Source: Octopus bimaculoides
Lineage: Eukaryota
NCBI RefSeq assembly: GCF_001194135.2
Contig: NC_068985.1
Coordinates: forward strand, 2,719,070 to 2,783,069
DNA: 64,000 nucleotides
Reading direction: 5' to 3'
The translations under genes and the position numbers were made by a program. The notes under the pieces were generated by a model. That model was not told the DNA's origin. It saw only the letters and a list, made by a program, of their open reading frames with translations, and did no database searches. The stretch's first letter is position 1. Every line of letters starts with the position of its first letter. Below are positions 12,649-25,216 of this stretch, piece by piece.

Positions 12649-13280
12649 CTGTAAACATAAAACAAAACAAAATGATCTACATGTATGTATATATATAAGC
12701 ATGTATGTATATCTGAGAAATAAAAACTATGAGAGAAACTGGCATCTCTGTTCAGAGTGTGTGTGTGGAAGCTCTAATAGAATTAAAACTATCTACAAAG
12801 AAAATTACATGGAATTGCTATGTTGCAACATGTCTCCACAGTTCTTTGTGATACAGAGAAAACTATGTTATATTACAGTTACATTGACTTTTGCAGATAT
12901 TTTCCAACCTTATTTCTGAGAGATAGCATGGCAAGAAAGGGAGAGGANNNNNNNNNNTCCCCACAGTGAAAGATAACATCAAGTAAAATGAAATACTTTG
13001 CAATAAAAAAAGAAAGGAAACTGGTAAAAAAAAAAGAAAAAATTCACTTCGAAAATAATTACTGTTCTTAAAAACGTAATTTTAAAGCTCACATTTTTTT
13101 GTTTTTAATGGAAATGAAGTAGTCATTGACATCATCATTGCTGTCATCAAAACTAGCATTGTCGTCATCGTCATCATCATCACCATAACCATCTTCTTCT
13201 ACATCACTTACATTACTGACAAGTCATCAATACCTCTAATCATTAGAAATATCACCAGCATCGCCTGTGATACCACTGCA

Positions 13281-13311
<31 letters not shown>

Positions 13312-13779
13312 TCATCATCATGGGCATCATTTTAACTACATTGCAATTACTACCACTAGCATCACTGCCCATTTCACATAGGGACTTCAATGTTCACCGA
13401 TACCATCAACAGCTTCCCTTGGTGTTAGAGGACTCTGCAAAACCCACACCATCAAATCCAAGCATACACTGATTGAATAAATTACATCTCCTGACATTAT
13501 TTCCAAAACAAAACGGAACCTAAAATTGTTCCAAGTCAAACTGTAAAACTATTGGTACGGCAGTCCAAATTGTCTCTTTTGTTCTTGGTGAACACAGAAC
13601 AATTAAAAAAAAACTGGATGCAATACCCAAGGCTTTAGGTACACCAGATATATTAAGATGTGCGCAAATGGCCGTGAGGAAGGTGTGGTGTCTTTGAGCT
13701 GTGGGCAGGAGCTAAAGCATAGTTACACACAAGCTGACTGTAAAAGATCTGTGTTGAAGGAGAAGATGAACAAGACTTT

Positions 13780-13985
13780 CAAATTTTAGCACAAGGCAGT
13801 CATTTTGGGGGAAGAGTGCTGATTGATTAGGTTGACCCCAGTGTTTGACTGGTACTTTATTTTATCAGTCCCACAAAAGGATGAAAAGCAAGGCTGACCT
13901 CAGCAGGGGTTGAGCTCAGAATGTGAAAAGCTGGAAAAAATGCTGTGAAACATTTTGTTCAATGCGCTAACAATTCTGCCAGTTT
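13780..13985 (-). mobile_element. SINE family B
   Basis: Reverse complement of the family B motifs (aaaggatgaaaagcaaggctgacctcagc, gagctcagaatg). Confidence 0.75.
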
Positions 13986-14738
13986 ATGACATTATATTAT
14001 TATTACATTCCCATGCCAGGAATTGAACCCAAACTATCTGGATGAAAGCCAGGAATCCTAACAATGAGACTACATAGCAACATCAACAACAACATACAAG
14101 CAACATTTGTCATCTTATACATTTAGATGTACAAAAGGTGGGAGCGAAACAAACAATATAAAAAAGGTACTGCCACTCACTGAAACCAGCATCTGCTGCG
14201 TTACATAGAAAATGGTGGGCAAAGGAATCGGTCAATTGGCTGAATAGTAAAAAGTTCATACCTCCATCAGTGACACTAAACAAATTCCTCTTCCCACATA
14301 CTTTGTTGCAGAAATCAAGTGAAAGAATGACAATGGAACCAGCAAGATTGGTAGCCAATCTTGTCGAAAGCAAATAGAACAAAGAATAAGATTAAAAAAA
14401 AAGAGAAGAAATTTAGACAGCTGGAAATTTTCTTTTTTAGGAAAAGACAAAAGGGGATCTAAAAATGGGAGATGAAAGCTAACACATTCTTTTCCAGTTA
14501 TATTCAGTTTTGGTTTGGAAACAAAAATAAAAGGACAAAGGGAAAACAATAAGAAAAATATAGCCAGTTGTTAAAAGTGACGGTGCTAGGAGTGTGTGTG
14601 GGGAGGAGGGTGAGAGTGCTTATGGACATCATAACCTTCTATATCTTTAAATCCAGATTTGCTTTTGGCTAAAAGCTCTTTTGCTGTTGTTTGCATTCTC
14701 TGGTTATAATGTTGCTGGCAATGGTTGTGGCAACATGA

Positions 14739-14776
<38 letters not shown>

Positions 14777-15129
14777 TATGTTCTTATATTGTTTCTGCAA
14801 ACTGTGTGTGTATACATTTGTATTGTGAACATGTAATGAAATATGAGTATGCTTGTATGCATGTGTGTGTGTGTGTGAAAGAGAGAGAGAGAGAGAGAGA
14901 GTGTGAAAGATGAAAAAGATAAGACCAGATGCAACGGAAAAGGGAGTGTATTTTGTAGTGTGCATGTGATGCAAAATAAGTGTTGCATTGAGATAATTTG
15001 CAAAGAAACAAAACAAAACAAAAATGCAATGAACCAACAAATAAAGAAATAAAAATGTGAGATGTGAGGTCATCAGCTGACCATGCTTCAGATAATGTAG
15101 ATAATCTCATTCCTACCTGCCACACACAC

Positions 15130-15161
<32 letters not shown>

Positions 15162-18059
15162 TCTAGGGAGAAAAGGTTTGGTTAAAGACAGACAAATACA
15201 TCGACAGTGAAGCAGTCAGTCATACACTTCTGCCACTCATTTTTGTCGCTTCCTTGGAGGGAGTAAATACAACAGGAAAGAAACATTTTTCCCATGCATG
15301 CACATATGGGCGTGGGTATATGCATGTGCGTGTGTTGTTGTTGTTGTTGCTGTTGTTGGCTTTTCTGAGTTTACAGATCCTAAGGATTTGGCAGCATTGA
15401 TATGCGTAGTTGAAGATCTGTGTGTTTCACCCACCTCCTAATGAAACAGGGAGTAGGAAGAGAGGGAGGCAGAGTGAGAGAGAGAAAGAGAGGGCTAAAT
15501 AACATTTATCTTAAGGTTAGATTATATATTTTTTTTTCTTCTCCCAGTTTCCAGTAAAGCCACCTGCTACCGTGGCCAACAACAACAACAACAACAACAC
15601 ACACTGTTACCAGCCACAGCCACTTAGCTGTTTGTGGATTTTCCCCAACAGCTTATCAACAACTCTACTATGTTAGACACAATAACAGTGCAATGTTCCA
15701 AGTGTCTTTTGATGCCAACCCAAACTCATTTCACTTTTATCTATTTCTTTTTCCCAGTACATACAATTCTATACATGTGGATGTGAAAGCCTGCTTTTCT
15801 TGGCACAATCTCAAGAAGTCTATCTTCCACTTGTCAAATATAATGCTTTTGTTTGAATATGCCACTTCTCTTCATACATGGCATGATATGTATAGATATA
15901 TATACGTACACATCACAAACAGTTCATGGTTGTGTATTGAACATGATGAGGACTTTTATGTCTAATTAACACAAGTTTCTGAGAATGGCAATAGTATTTA
16001 ATCCAAGAATAACATGTCATGTTACATGTTAAAACCGTTTTTGTGTTAGCATAAGCAATCAAGGTACCAGCCACGTCTTTCGGTGTACTTATTACATTTC
16101 CAGTTGAGCTTTACACACATGCAGCTAAATAATGTCAAATGTCCCTAAATTCTAATGACAATGTTCTCCAGATCATATACATTGCTTCAATACCATTTCT
16201 CTTTGGTTAGATGTTGAATGCCAACTATGGCATTCAATTAGTCATAAAATCCTATATCAGTGGATATATTTACTAAGATGCCTCTCTAGGGCTCTCTCGA
16301 TGATATACTCAATACAGTGCAACACTGAGTAATATCATGTCCCAATTCGCTTGTTCAATGTGGAAAGTATTTCAGTATAAGACACTCAGATCAATCCAAA
16401 GATGAACTTCTTATATTTATTATCACCAGATAAAATCCAGAGATTATTCAATGGACAAAACATACTCTTGATAATATTGGGGTTGATCTCAATAAAAAGA
16501 AATTTTGATTAGTAAGATCTAAAATGCCTAAGCTACTAATAGATTAACAGAGTTGCTTGAATTTTTAGCATGGAGCATGTATTAAATCTTCATCTTATAA
16601 ACCTGCAACTTATTACCACTGCTAATAATAAGACATACTAACTCTTGTGTTTGATCTGAAGCTCTGGTTTTTGAAATTCTAGTTGAGAAATTAATTTTTA
16701 TCTTCTATTTGAAGACATGTTAAATGTTCAAAACTTAATCCTCAGACCAAGTGAAATACAAAAACAAATAGCAGTTTATGGTTCAATAAAAAAAACCCAG
16801 TAGAATGCCTGGCATTAAAATATGAACCTTGTACCAGATTTTCTCTGACCAGCTGACAAGCAGAACTGGGAAGCTCCAAAGAATTTTGTGATTAATCTTA
16901 TCTTTTGCTTGTTTCAGTCATTAGACAGTAGACATACTGAGGCACAGCCTTCAAGGGTTCTGGTCAAACAAATTGAGCCCAATACTTACTTTTAAAGTCT
17001 GGTTCTTATTCTATTGGTCTCTTTTACCAAACTGCTAAGTTAACAAACATTTAATAGGATAGTTTGATTTGGATCAATGGAGAACACAGTAAGAATGTAC
17101 CATGGTATCAGATTTGGACTTTACATCAATTCTCCTGTAAAATATTTTTGTCCCACAAGTGATGCAGCACAAAAACACCCATACATAGAAAAAAGTGTAA
17201 ATAGGAAAAGAAAACATTCACACATACCCAACCCATCCTCTCTCTCTCTCTCTCTCTATCTATCTACATCTATCTATCTATAAATATATATATATAATCA
17301 TAAATATATAGGGATTGACAGTAACCTGCTTCTCCAACATACTCCAGTATGNNNNNNNNNNNNNNNNNNNNNNNNNNNNNNNNNNNNNNNNNNNNNNNNN
17401 NNNNNNNNNNNNNNNNNNNNNNNNNNNNNNNNNNNNNNNNNNNNNNNNNNNNNNNNNNNNNNNNNNNNNNNNNNNNNNNNNNNNNNNNNNNNNNNNNNNN
17501 NNNNNNNNNNNNNNNNNNNNNNNNNNNTGTGTGTGTGTGTGTGTTTGTGCATTGTTTTAGAATATGCATCTATATACATGTACGTGTAAACTTCCATATA
17601 CAACTTTCAAAGTATATCAGTAATTTAAAAAAAAATAAAACAAATCAACAATTTTGAGTGACGACAATAAACGAAAGGAAGAGAAGCAACAGAAAACTTC
17701 AATATTTCAAAATCTGAATATATTTTGACAAGTGGAGAAGGAGGGGGGGGATGAAATAATTTGATAAAATGTTTGGAAAAATTAACAGAACATTAAAAAA
17801 ATATGAAGAGAAAATAATAAAAAAAGACATCATGTTATGCTATACATATTTTACATTTGTTTAAATGTAGAGGTACTGGTAAATTCTGGCATTGTACATA
17901 TTTAATAGGCTGTCATAGCCAATCAAGCTTATTGTTTTTTCAAAAGAAAGTTGTAGCTCGAAGTCTTTTGGACAACTTATATTATTTTTATTTTGATAGA
18001 CAGCTTATTAAAAAATATTTGGGAAATTTATCCACCAAGCTATTTAGCATCATTTCCTT

Positions 18060-18405
18060 TAGCTTAACTGGCACTCCGTCGGTTACGACGACAAAGCTTT
18101 CAGGTGATTTGATCACTGGAACAATCTGCTCATCAAATTAAGGTGCAAGAGGCTGAGCGGCCCACAGACATGTGTACCCTTAATGTAGTTCTCAGGGAGA
18201 TTCAGAGTGACACAGAATGTGACAAGGCCAGCCCCTTTTGAATTACAGGTACTGTTCATTTTTATCAGCTGAGTGGGCTGGAGCAATAAAGTGAAATGAA
18301 GTGTCTTGCCCAAGGACACAATGCACCAGCTGGAATGAAACTCACAACCTTACAATCACGACAGATACCCTAACCACTAAGCCATGTGCCTTCACTTCTT
18401 TTACT
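18060..18405 (-). mobile_element. SINE family D
   Basis: Reverse complement of the 4355-4660 family (gtgtcttgcccaaggacacaatgc, taaccactaagccatgtgcc). Confidence 0.75.
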
Positions 18406-19499
18406 ACCTCTCTGTCTCTGTCTATCTCACTCACTCTCTCTCTCTTATACATGGACAATAAACATATGTTAATGTGCTCACATATTAGTATACATAGACA
18501 GTTAAGCAAACGCACACACACGCACACATACGCACACACACACACACACACACACACGCACATCAGGGCATCAAAACTAAACAGAGACAAGTGAATGGCA
18601 GAAACGGAGGCAAGAAATTTTACGTTTTTGTTTGGTCATTGTAATGGTGGTGGTGAAGTCATTTGTCAGGTTACATCAAATTCTTACACTATTCACTTCC
18701 CACAGCAAAATCATCAGATTTGTCAATTCAGCAATTCAGCCAAAAAATGGTCCTTTGTAGTTTGGTTCAATAATAAAATACTTAGCCGAAAGAATTCCAC
18801 TGAAGAAAATGCCAATTGATGACAATTAAGAAGGAAATATGCAGAATGTACTGGCTGTGTAGTTAAACGAAAGGTTTATGGGAAGCAAATACAAAAACCA
18901 CTCCAAATTCATCAATGTATATTGCAATAAAACATTATTAGGCCGGCATCAAGAATGCCCCATCACTTTGAAACTGAAGAAATGACAGCAGAAAAGAATT
19001 CCAAAATTTTAAGAATGATCTTCTTACTTAATTCTTGGAGATCTCACATAAATATATGCATATAACACCACCACCACCACCAACAAATAAATAAAAAAAG
19101 TAAAGATGACATCTCTGATTGTTAGAGAGACAGTAAGTGTTGTCAAAAAAAATAAAAGAAATGTATAAGCATCTCCACAGGAGACTATCTTCCAGATATA
19201 ATTGCCTAAATTTCAGACTGGCCAAAGAATAATGTGGACTTGTCTGCTTCATTAGCCTTTTCCCTCCCTCTCCCCCTTCTCTCTCTCTCATTCTCTTTCT
19301 ACCAATCATTTTCAAGAAAGGAGACATACGGAGGTTTAGGGTGATACAACATAACATGACAAAAAAAAAAACTGTCTGGAAATATCTAACTCCATACTGG
19401 TGCAGCATGAGAGTTACCATCACCATTCTTGTTGAGTTTTCCTCATGCTGGCATAGGTTAAACGAGTTATATATGTCCTACTTGTTTTTCAAGTGTGGT

Positions 19500-19885
19500 A
19501 AGCACCATTTGAGCGTGATTGTTGCTAGCATCGCCTTACTGCCACATGTGCCGGCAGCACATGAAAAACAACATTCAAGCACGGTCGTTGCCAGTGCTGC
19601 TGGATCGGCTCCTGTGCAGGTTGCATGTAAAAAACACCTTTTGAGGGTGGTCATTGCCAGAACTGCCTGACTGGCCCTCATACCAGTGGCACGTAAAAGC
19701 ACCCACTACACTCTTGGAGTGGTTGGCATTAGGAAGGGCATCCAGCTGTAGAAACCTTGCCGGACCAGACTGAGCCTGGTGCAGCCTTCCAGCTCACCAG
19801 TCCTCAGTCAAACCATCCAACCCATGCCAGCATGGAAAGTGGACGTTAAACGACAACGATGATGATGATGATGATGATGATGGTC
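19500..19885 (+). mobile_element. Family C repeat with (GAT)n tail
   Basis: Same motifs as 1095-1387. Confidence 0.85.
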
Positions 19886-20074
19886 CTTTATTCCTCTGGT
19901 CTTCAGAAGTTGAAGCACCAAAACCACCAAAGCTTCAGGGTTTATTCTTCACACAAACAACACTGTTGCTCCCATGTGATATCAATGTGAAAACAGATGG
20001 AGACATTGAGGGCATGAGCAAACAAGTGTATGACAAACTTCTTTATCTTTTATTTGTTTCATTAGATCGTGGCC

Positions 20075-20385
20075 ACGCTGGGGCACTGCCTTAAAGAATT
20101 TTAGTCATATAAATCAACCCCAGCATTTGCTTCTTTTTAAACCCGGTAATTATTCTATTGGTTAAACTGCTAAGTTAGGGAGATGTAAACACACCAACAC
20201 TTGTCAACCACAGACACACACACACATACATACATATGTATGAGGGCTTCTTTCAGTTTCCTTCTACCAGATCCACTGACAAGGCTTTGGTCAGTCCAAG
20301 GCTATAGTAGAAGACACTTGCCCAAAGTGCCACACAGTGGGACTGACTCTGGAACCATGTGGTTGGGAAGCAAACCACATAGCTA
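20075..20385 (-). mobile_element. SINE family A
   Basis: acaaggctttggtcagtccaaggctatagtagaagacacttgcccaaagtgccacacagtgggactga. Confidence 0.8.
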
Positions 20386-21132
20386 TATCTGTGCTTGTTT
20401 GGTTCCTATCAACTGAATTTCACTAACAATGCATTGGTCAGCCTAAAGTGCTAAACAATTGGCTGGAATCCAGAGCTATGTGGTCATGAAGTGCATTTCA
20501 TAATCAGAGGTATGCCAGCACTTACAAACAAATCCATAGACAATGACATATCACATGAAAATAACAAAGGTATATATATGCATTCAGCTCTTGAATAAAC
20601 AACACATGTAGGTGCCACTCATTAAGTCACATTTGATAGTCAACCCAAGGCTAAAGCAGAAGATAAATGCAGTTGAATCAAACAAAGAACCTCTTGGGTA
20701 CAGAGTAAACGTCTTAATTGCATAGCCATGTTGGTTTGGGACTTGACAATTTTGCCATTTAATATTGGCAAGGCCAGTCATAAGGTTGTTGATAAATGTC
20801 AATACTTGATACACAAACTTTAAATATTAAGTGTGGCTGTTGCCATTTATACTTATCACTGATGCACTTGCTTAAGAAATAGATGTACTCTGCTAACTTA
20901 AGTAAACATATTCACAATTTTCCCCCAAGTCCTGAAGTTACTGTCACCTCAATGGCCACAAAGGATAATCACGGTACTCTATTAAGGTAGTCAAATTCAA
21001 CTCAGTGTATGCATAGAGTCCTGGCAGAAGGCAAAGCGCTCTAGTACCACTTCATCTCATATCTTACATAAATATACATACATTATATATATATATATAG
21101 ATATAGATAGATAGATAGATAGATAGATAAAT

Positions 21133-21173
<41 letters not shown>

Positions 21174-21898
21174 NNNNNNNNNNNNNNNNNNNNNNNNNNN
21201 NNNNNNNNNNNNNNNNNNNNNNNNNNNNNNNNNNNNNNNNNNNNNNNNNNNNNNNNNNNNNNNNNNNNNNNNNNNNNNNNNNNNNNNNNNNNNNNNNNNN
21301 NNNNNNNNNNNNNNNNNNNNNNNNNNNNNNNNNNNNNNNNNNNNNNNNNNNNNNNNNNNNNNNNNNNNNNNNNNNNNNNNNNNNNNNNNNNNNNNNNNNN
21401 NNNNNNNNNNNNNNNNNNNNNNNNNNNNNNNNNNNNNNNNNNNNNNNNNNNNNNNNNNNNNNNNNNNNNNNNNNNNNNNNNNNNNNNNNNNNNNNNNNNN
21501 NNNNNNNNNNNNNNNNNNNNNNNNNNNNNNNNNNNNNNNNNNNNNNNNNNNNNNNNNNNNNNNNNNNNNNNNNNNNNNNNNNNNNNNNNNNNNNNNNNNN
21601 NNNNNNNNNNNNNNNNNNNNNNNNNNNNNNNNNNNNNNNNNNNNNNNNNNNNNNNNNNNNNNNNNNNNNNNNNNNNNNNNNNNNNNNNNNNNNNNNNNNN
21701 NNNNNNNNNNNNNNNNNNNNNNNNNNNNNNNNNNNNNNNNNNNNNNNNNNNNNNNNNNNNNNNNNNNNNNNNNNNNNNNNNNNNNNNNNNNNNNNNNNNN
21801 NNNNNNNNNNNNNNNNNNNNNNNNNNNNNNNNNNNNNNNNNNNNNNNNNNNNNNNNNNNNNNNNNNNNNNNNNNNNNNNNNNNNNNNNNNNNNNNNNG
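21174..21898. other. Assembly gap (largest of 13 N runs)
   Basis: 725 N. Other gaps at about 8895, 12948, 17352, 23634, 24869, 35480, 38877, 41802, 43882, 54587, 54884 and 57264. Most long gaps abut (TA)n or (TG)n runs. Confidence 0.98.
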
Positions 21899-23160
21899 GG
21901 GGGGGGGGTATATAAGTGTGCGCACACACGTGTGTGCGTGCTTCATCATCCTCGTTCGATATCTGTTTTCCATGCTGGTAGGGGTGCAGGAGCTGGCAAG
22001 CCAGAGTGCTATACGGCAGGGTTTCTACAGCTGGATGCCCTTCCTAATGCCAGACACTTTACAGAGTGTACTGGGTACCTTTTGTATGGCACCAGCACAT
22101 ACATATATACACTCATGTTTGTGTGTGTGTGTGTGTGTGTGCGCCCGTATCCATATATATGTAATTTTATTTTGGAACCAATATATTTATTCAGTTTGCA
22201 TCTCTGCTTATCATTCAGTCCCTCATATGTAAACAAACATGAAAGATTGACTCAGCTATGTTTTGAACTTCTGTCTTTTAATATGGAACTGCACAAGTCA
22301 ATTTTTTCCCCCTTACAATGAACAAATACCATGTTTAGTAGGAAAAGTATCCTGTAAAATGTATTAATACATTTTTGAGGTACATAGTTTTCATTATATC
22401 TCCCAGTTTATATTTCCTGTTCATATTAAATCTCTAAAAATTTTCACCCTTTGAAATGTTAGCATACATCTTTCAAATGTATAAATTTTAACAAAATTTA
22501 TTCAAGGAGAGAATGTGATTTGCCTGTAGCTTCCAGTTCCCTTCTCCCAGCATAAGAGCTGACTTTTATAATAGCACGTTCAACTCATGCCACCATGATA
22601 CTACGCACACTGCGAGCTGCAAAGTGATCTTCTTAACCCAACACAGCCATGCATTTGTGTGTGTGTGTGTATATATAAATATGGCTTGTCTATTCTCTTC
22701 AAAGCATCCAATCCATGCCAGTATATAAAAAAGAGGACATTTAATCATGGTGATACACACACACACACACACATCCAGACCCCCCACCACACACATACAT
22801 ACACATATAAATAAAAATTTTCAGGATTTAAAAGAAGCAGATATGTAGATAGTGAAAGCACCAAGGTAGAGTCGGAGAGAGTGCACCTGGGTACCGACAA
22901 TGTATGCGGACATATACATGCTTACTAAAGCAAATACAGATTTGCCCTTCCAGTTATGCATACATTCACAAGCAACTGACAGCAAACACAAGGTGTCATC
23001 AAAGTCATACAGGGTTACACTCACTGCATTTATTCCACTTCGGATATAGACTGAAAATCCAAACGTATGGCAGGTTCCAAGTTAGGTGAAGAATAGATAA
23101 TAACACAGATGGGTACAACCCATGCGTTTAATAATAAAGAGAAAATTCTTGGTACAGTAT

Positions 23161-23274
23161 TTTATATATTTGCAAGAATGAGATGGCTTTTTGAGGGGAT
23201 AATTTTAATTTTAAGCTTAAAATTAAAATTATCCCCTCAAAAAGCCATCTCTACTCATACTTGCAAATATATAA
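23161..23274. repeat. Loopless AT-rich palindrome centred on AAGCTT
   Basis: 27-bp perfect arms either side of 23215/23216 (ttttgaggggataattttaattttaag|cttaaaattaaaattatcccctcaaaa), extending with small indels to about 55 bp per arm. Confidence 0.93.
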
Positions 23275-23848
23275 ATATAGATTATTATATCAGGGGCTAT
23301 TATGATAAGTAATACCTCGTGCTGTAATGGGACTCTAAAGTCAAACTACTTTAATAAATACACATAGGCACCAAAATTGTGGGAATGAACATAGAAGTTC
23401 CTTTAAAAATGGTTTAGCTGTGTATATTTATTGAAATAGTTTGACTTTTGAGTCCCATTACAGTATGAGGCATTGCTTATAGTAATAGCCTTTGATATGG
23501 TAATGTATTTTATATTTAAAGTAAAGAATCATACTTTGTATTAATTTTTTTCCTAAACTGGTTTTCTATGCTGGCTACTTGATAAACCCTATATAGATTT
23601 TATCCTTGTGTATATATATATATATATATATATNNNNNNNNNNNNNNNNNNNNNNNNNNNNNNNNNNNNNNNNNNNNNNNNNNNNNNNNNNNNNNNNNNN
23701 NNNNNNNNNNNNNNNNNNNNNNNNNNNNNNNNNNNNNNNNNNNNNNNNNNNNNNNNNNNNNNNNNNNNNNNNNNNNNNNNNNNNNNNNNNNNNNNNNNNN
23801 NNNNNNNNNNNNNNNNNNNNNNNNNNNNNNNNNNNNNATATATATGAT

Positions 23849-24050
23849 TGACCGTTGACTGAACACTATTCAATTTTTTTTCTCCGTGTTTTTCTCCTTG
23901 TCTCCGTATTCTTTCTGTTGAAGAGCGTAGCTCGAAACGTCAAAGACTTTCCGTATTCCCGAGCGTCATACTAATATATACTTTTGTTATTTACACCACC
24001 TGTCCTCGTCTGTTGTTATTTTTTGTATATTCTCCCATATATATATATGT
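23849..24050 (+). mobile_element. Short dispersed-repeat-like segment carrying a hammerhead motif, probable Penelope-like terminal repeat
   Basis: Segment of about 200 nt bounded by (TA)n on both sides and containing the motif at 23910-23946. The Penelope assignment is inferred from the ribozyme type. Confidence 0.5.
23910..23946 (+). ncRNA. Minimal type I hammerhead ribozyme fold (A6U core variant)
   Basis: tcttt-CTGTTGA-A-gagc-gta-gctc-GAAAC-GTC-aaaga. Stem I is tcttt/aaaga, stem II is gagc/gctc, the stem III remnant is the palindrome ACGT, and the GUC cleavage triplet ends at 23941. Confidence 0.6.
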
Positions 24051-24076
24051 ATGTATATATAGGGAGATATAGTATA

Positions 24077-24249
24077 GTGGCAGGCGTGGCTGTGTGGTAA
24101 GTAGCTTGCTTACCAACCACATGGTTCTGGGTTCAGTCCCACTGCATGGTACCTTGGGCAACTGTCTTCTATAGCCTCGAGCCAACCAAAGCCTTGTGAG
24201 TAGGTTTGGTAGACGGAAACTGAAAGAAGCCCATCATGTATATATCTGT

Positions 24250-24286
<37 letters not shown>

Positions 24287-24470
24287 TCCCCACCATCGCT
24301 TGACAACCGATGGTGTGTTGACGTCCCAATAGCCTAGCGATTCAGCAAAAGGGGCCAATAGAATAAGTACTGGGCTTAGAAAGAATAAGTCCCGGGTCAA
24401 TTTGTTTCACTAAAGGCGGTGCTCCAGCATCGCCACAGTCAAATGACTGAAACAAATAAAAGAGCAAAAG
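24077..24470 (+). mobile_element. Full-length SINE family A with internal (TG)n linker
   Basis: Head ggctgtgtggtaagtagcttgcttaccaaccacatggttctgggttcagtcccac, CORE-like accttgggcaactgtcttct, (TG)n linker, tail ggcggtgctccagcatcgccacagtcaaatgactgaaac. Confidence 0.9.
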
Positions 24471-24602
24471 AGTATATATATATGTTTGCCACCACCACAA
24501 CCTCATTTAGGCCTAGCAGCCCTTCCTGTTTGTTTTCACTGTCCTGCTTGTGTTACCTATTTTGACCCTCCACAAAATCCCAAATTTTATTTAATTTGCT
24601 TT

Positions 24603-24825
24603 GTGGGAGCAACTGTTTTATCGAAAGCGTATATTGTTGTTAAATGTCTGAAATACGAGACTAGAGAAACAGCCAACAACTGATGAAGGGTCGTTCTTTA
24701 TGTTTGTCTTGTTTTCCATTTGTGTCTTTCATTGTCTGAAGGAATGGTTCATGTTCCATGTACTCATGCTTTGTATTTATTTTTATTTTGTTTCGTACAC
24801 GTTTTGTGATATCCTGTGCGTACAT
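24603..24825. repeat. Dispersed repeat (copy 2 of the 8953-9155 family)
   Basis: gggagcaactgt...aacaactgatgaagggtcg. Confidence 0.55.
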
Positions 24826-24826
24826 A

Positions 24827-24868
<42 letters not shown>

Positions 24869-25179
24869 NNNNNNNNNNNNNNNNNNNNNNNNNNNNNNNN
24901 NNNNNNNNNNNNNNNNNNNNNNNNNNNNNNNNNNNNNNNNNNNNNNNNNNNNNNNNNNNNNNNNNNNNNNNNNNNNNNNNNNNNNNNNNNNNNNNNNNNN
25001 NNNNNNNNNNNNNNNNNNNNNNNNNNNNNNNNNNNNNNNNNNNNNNNNNNNNNNNNNNNNNNNNNNNNNNNNNNNNNNNNNNNNNNNNNNNNNNNNNNNN
25101 NNNNNNNNNNNNNNNNNNNNNNNNNNNNNNNNNNNNNNNNNNNNNNNNNNNNNNNNNNNNNNNNNNNNNNNNNNNNNNN

Positions 25180-25216
<37 letters not shown>

